Assembly: GCA_918797485.1 (NCBI GenBank)
Contig: CAKKNE010000005.1
Span: 4,464,001 to 4,528,000 of the forward strand
From: Pelagomonas calceolata
Taxonomy: Eukaryota
DNA: 64,000 nt
Direction: 5' to 3'
Shown here: in pieces, positions 63,071 through 64,000 of the stretch
How positions within the stretch are numbered: the stretch's first letter is position 1
How the letters are laid out: each line of letters begins with the position of its first letter
The notes under the pieces: model-generated
What the model was told of the DNA's origin: nothing
The model's input: only the letters and a program-made list of their open reading frames with translations
The model's database searches: none
Position numbers and translations under genes: made by a program

Positions 63071-63377
63071 CCTTTTAGACGCGCTGCCACTTAGGCGCGG
63101 CAAAAATGCAGCGCGCAGTAGCTTATGACGAATCGCTAGTGACAGTAGTGCCTCAAAAGCCCGGTCTGCAACTTCGCTCTCGCGCGTCCAGCTAGGAGAG
63201 ACACACTAGAATACAGCCAAAATCGCGCCGAGGCCACGTAGCGGTACACAGGCGCCAGGGACTGCCAGAATTCTTCGCACACGCTCATCTGTACGTAGCG
63301 ATTCAGCCCTCGCGAAGACGCGATCCGTTTCGCCGTATAACACAAACAGAGCTGGCAGCATCCAAAAGCAGAGATCG

Positions 63378-63560
63378 ATGCTCGGCAACCTCTTCCGCCA
63401 GAAGACGGGCGTCGTACTAAGGAGGAGGGCCGGCGACTGGCACATGTACGTGATCGGCGCGTTCGCCGGTGTGGTAGGTGGATTCTACATCTGGCTCGAG
63501 CCCCTGCGCCAGCTCCAGCTCGAGGGCATCCGCAAAGCGAAGGAAGAGGAGAAGAAATGA
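63378..63560 (+). CDS. 60-aa single-TM microprotein (resembles PIGBOS1-type proteins)
   Basis: Basic N-terminus, TM VIGAFAGVVGGFYIWLEPL, charged tail; strong GC3 bias. Confidence 0.65.
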   Translation: MLGNLFRQKTGVVLRRRAGDWHMYVIGAFAGVVGGFYIWLEPLRQLQLEGIRKAKEEEKK

Positions 63561-64000
63561 GCCGTCTCCATCTAGTGAGCTGGAACGTCGCCGGCTGGCG
63601 CACGGCTTTGGACGAGATCACGCGCACGACGCGACGGGGCCCCGCGGCCACGACCAAAAAGGTCGAAGAAAAACAAGCCTGCGTCGCGACGTGGTTGGAG
63701 CGGCTAGATGCCGACGTCGTCTGCTTGCAAGAAACCAAACTCACCTCGAAGCAAGTCGAGCAGGACGCCAGAGCTTTATGCGCGTCGGCCGACGGCGACG
63801 CGTGGCAGTCGTTCTGGGCGTGCAACGACGGCAAGGAGGGGCAGCGGGCCGGTTTAAATGGTGTCGCTACCTTTGTTAGAAATAAGGCGTTTGGCGTCGT
63901 GCGGGCTTCATCTAGACCTCTAGGCGAGAAGGAGCTCGACGACGAGGGCCGCTGCGTCTTGACGGACCACGGCACTTTTGTATTATTCAACGCCTACGTG
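63557..64000 (+). CDS. AP endonuclease, ExoIII/Xth (APE2-like) family; runs off the right edge (not in ORF track)
   Basis: MSRLHLVSWNVAG, DADVVCLQETK, GLNGVATF, DDEGRCVLTDHGTFVLFNAYV. Confidence 0.9.
   Translation, partial: MSRLHLVSWNVAGWRTALDEITRTTRRGPAATTKKVEEKQACVATWLERLDADVVCLQETKLTSKQVEQDARALCASADGDAWQSFWACNDGKEGQRAGLNGVATFVRNKAFGVVRASSRPLGEKELDDEGRCVLTDHGTFVLFNAYV

Noticed and set aside
63191..63209. GCTAGGAGAGACACACTAG (and GCTAGACAAAGCCACTAG near 36082) as motif copies
   Set aside because: Half-site spacing too short and core divergent; not counted

Overview
This is a gene-dense, GC-rich, intron-poor eukaryotic nuclear region with about 42 protein genes and two 5S rRNA genes. It is inferred to be from a pelagophyte stramenopile (Pelagomonas/Aureococcus-like), based on ASAF-type plastid presequences, short spliceosomal introns, TIR-bearing introner-like introns and tiny intergenic spacers. 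Recognisable genes: SMYD methyltransferase, ABCG and ABCC transporters, TVP38/DedA, ADAT1-like deaminase, hydrolase-TPR fusion, ankyrin proteins, plastid methyltransferase, DNAJC3, amino-acid transporter, aldo-keto reductase fusion, bimodular QueF, FBA-domain membrane protein, ACAD10-like kinase, M16A peptidase, Ubl-UIM protein, Cys-less LOV protein, DOT1-like methyltransferase, RING E3, Sua5, Fcf2 and an AP endonuclease. Six introns were reconstructed by restoring reading frames. Main observations: (1) an intact bacterial-type QueF in a eukaryotic context; (2) a 60-aa microprotein ORF overlapping the AP endonuclease start by ATGA, a possible bicistron; (3) a cas-less four-unit repeat/spacer array between the two 5S genes; (4) a bipartite GCTAGTGTCTTAC-N3-4-CGCTAGC motif in 13 of 17 divergent intergenic regions; (5) two 5S rRNA types differing by compensatory changes; (6) introner-like introns with terminal inverted repeats. 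All calls come from reading the sequence; no database searches were run.
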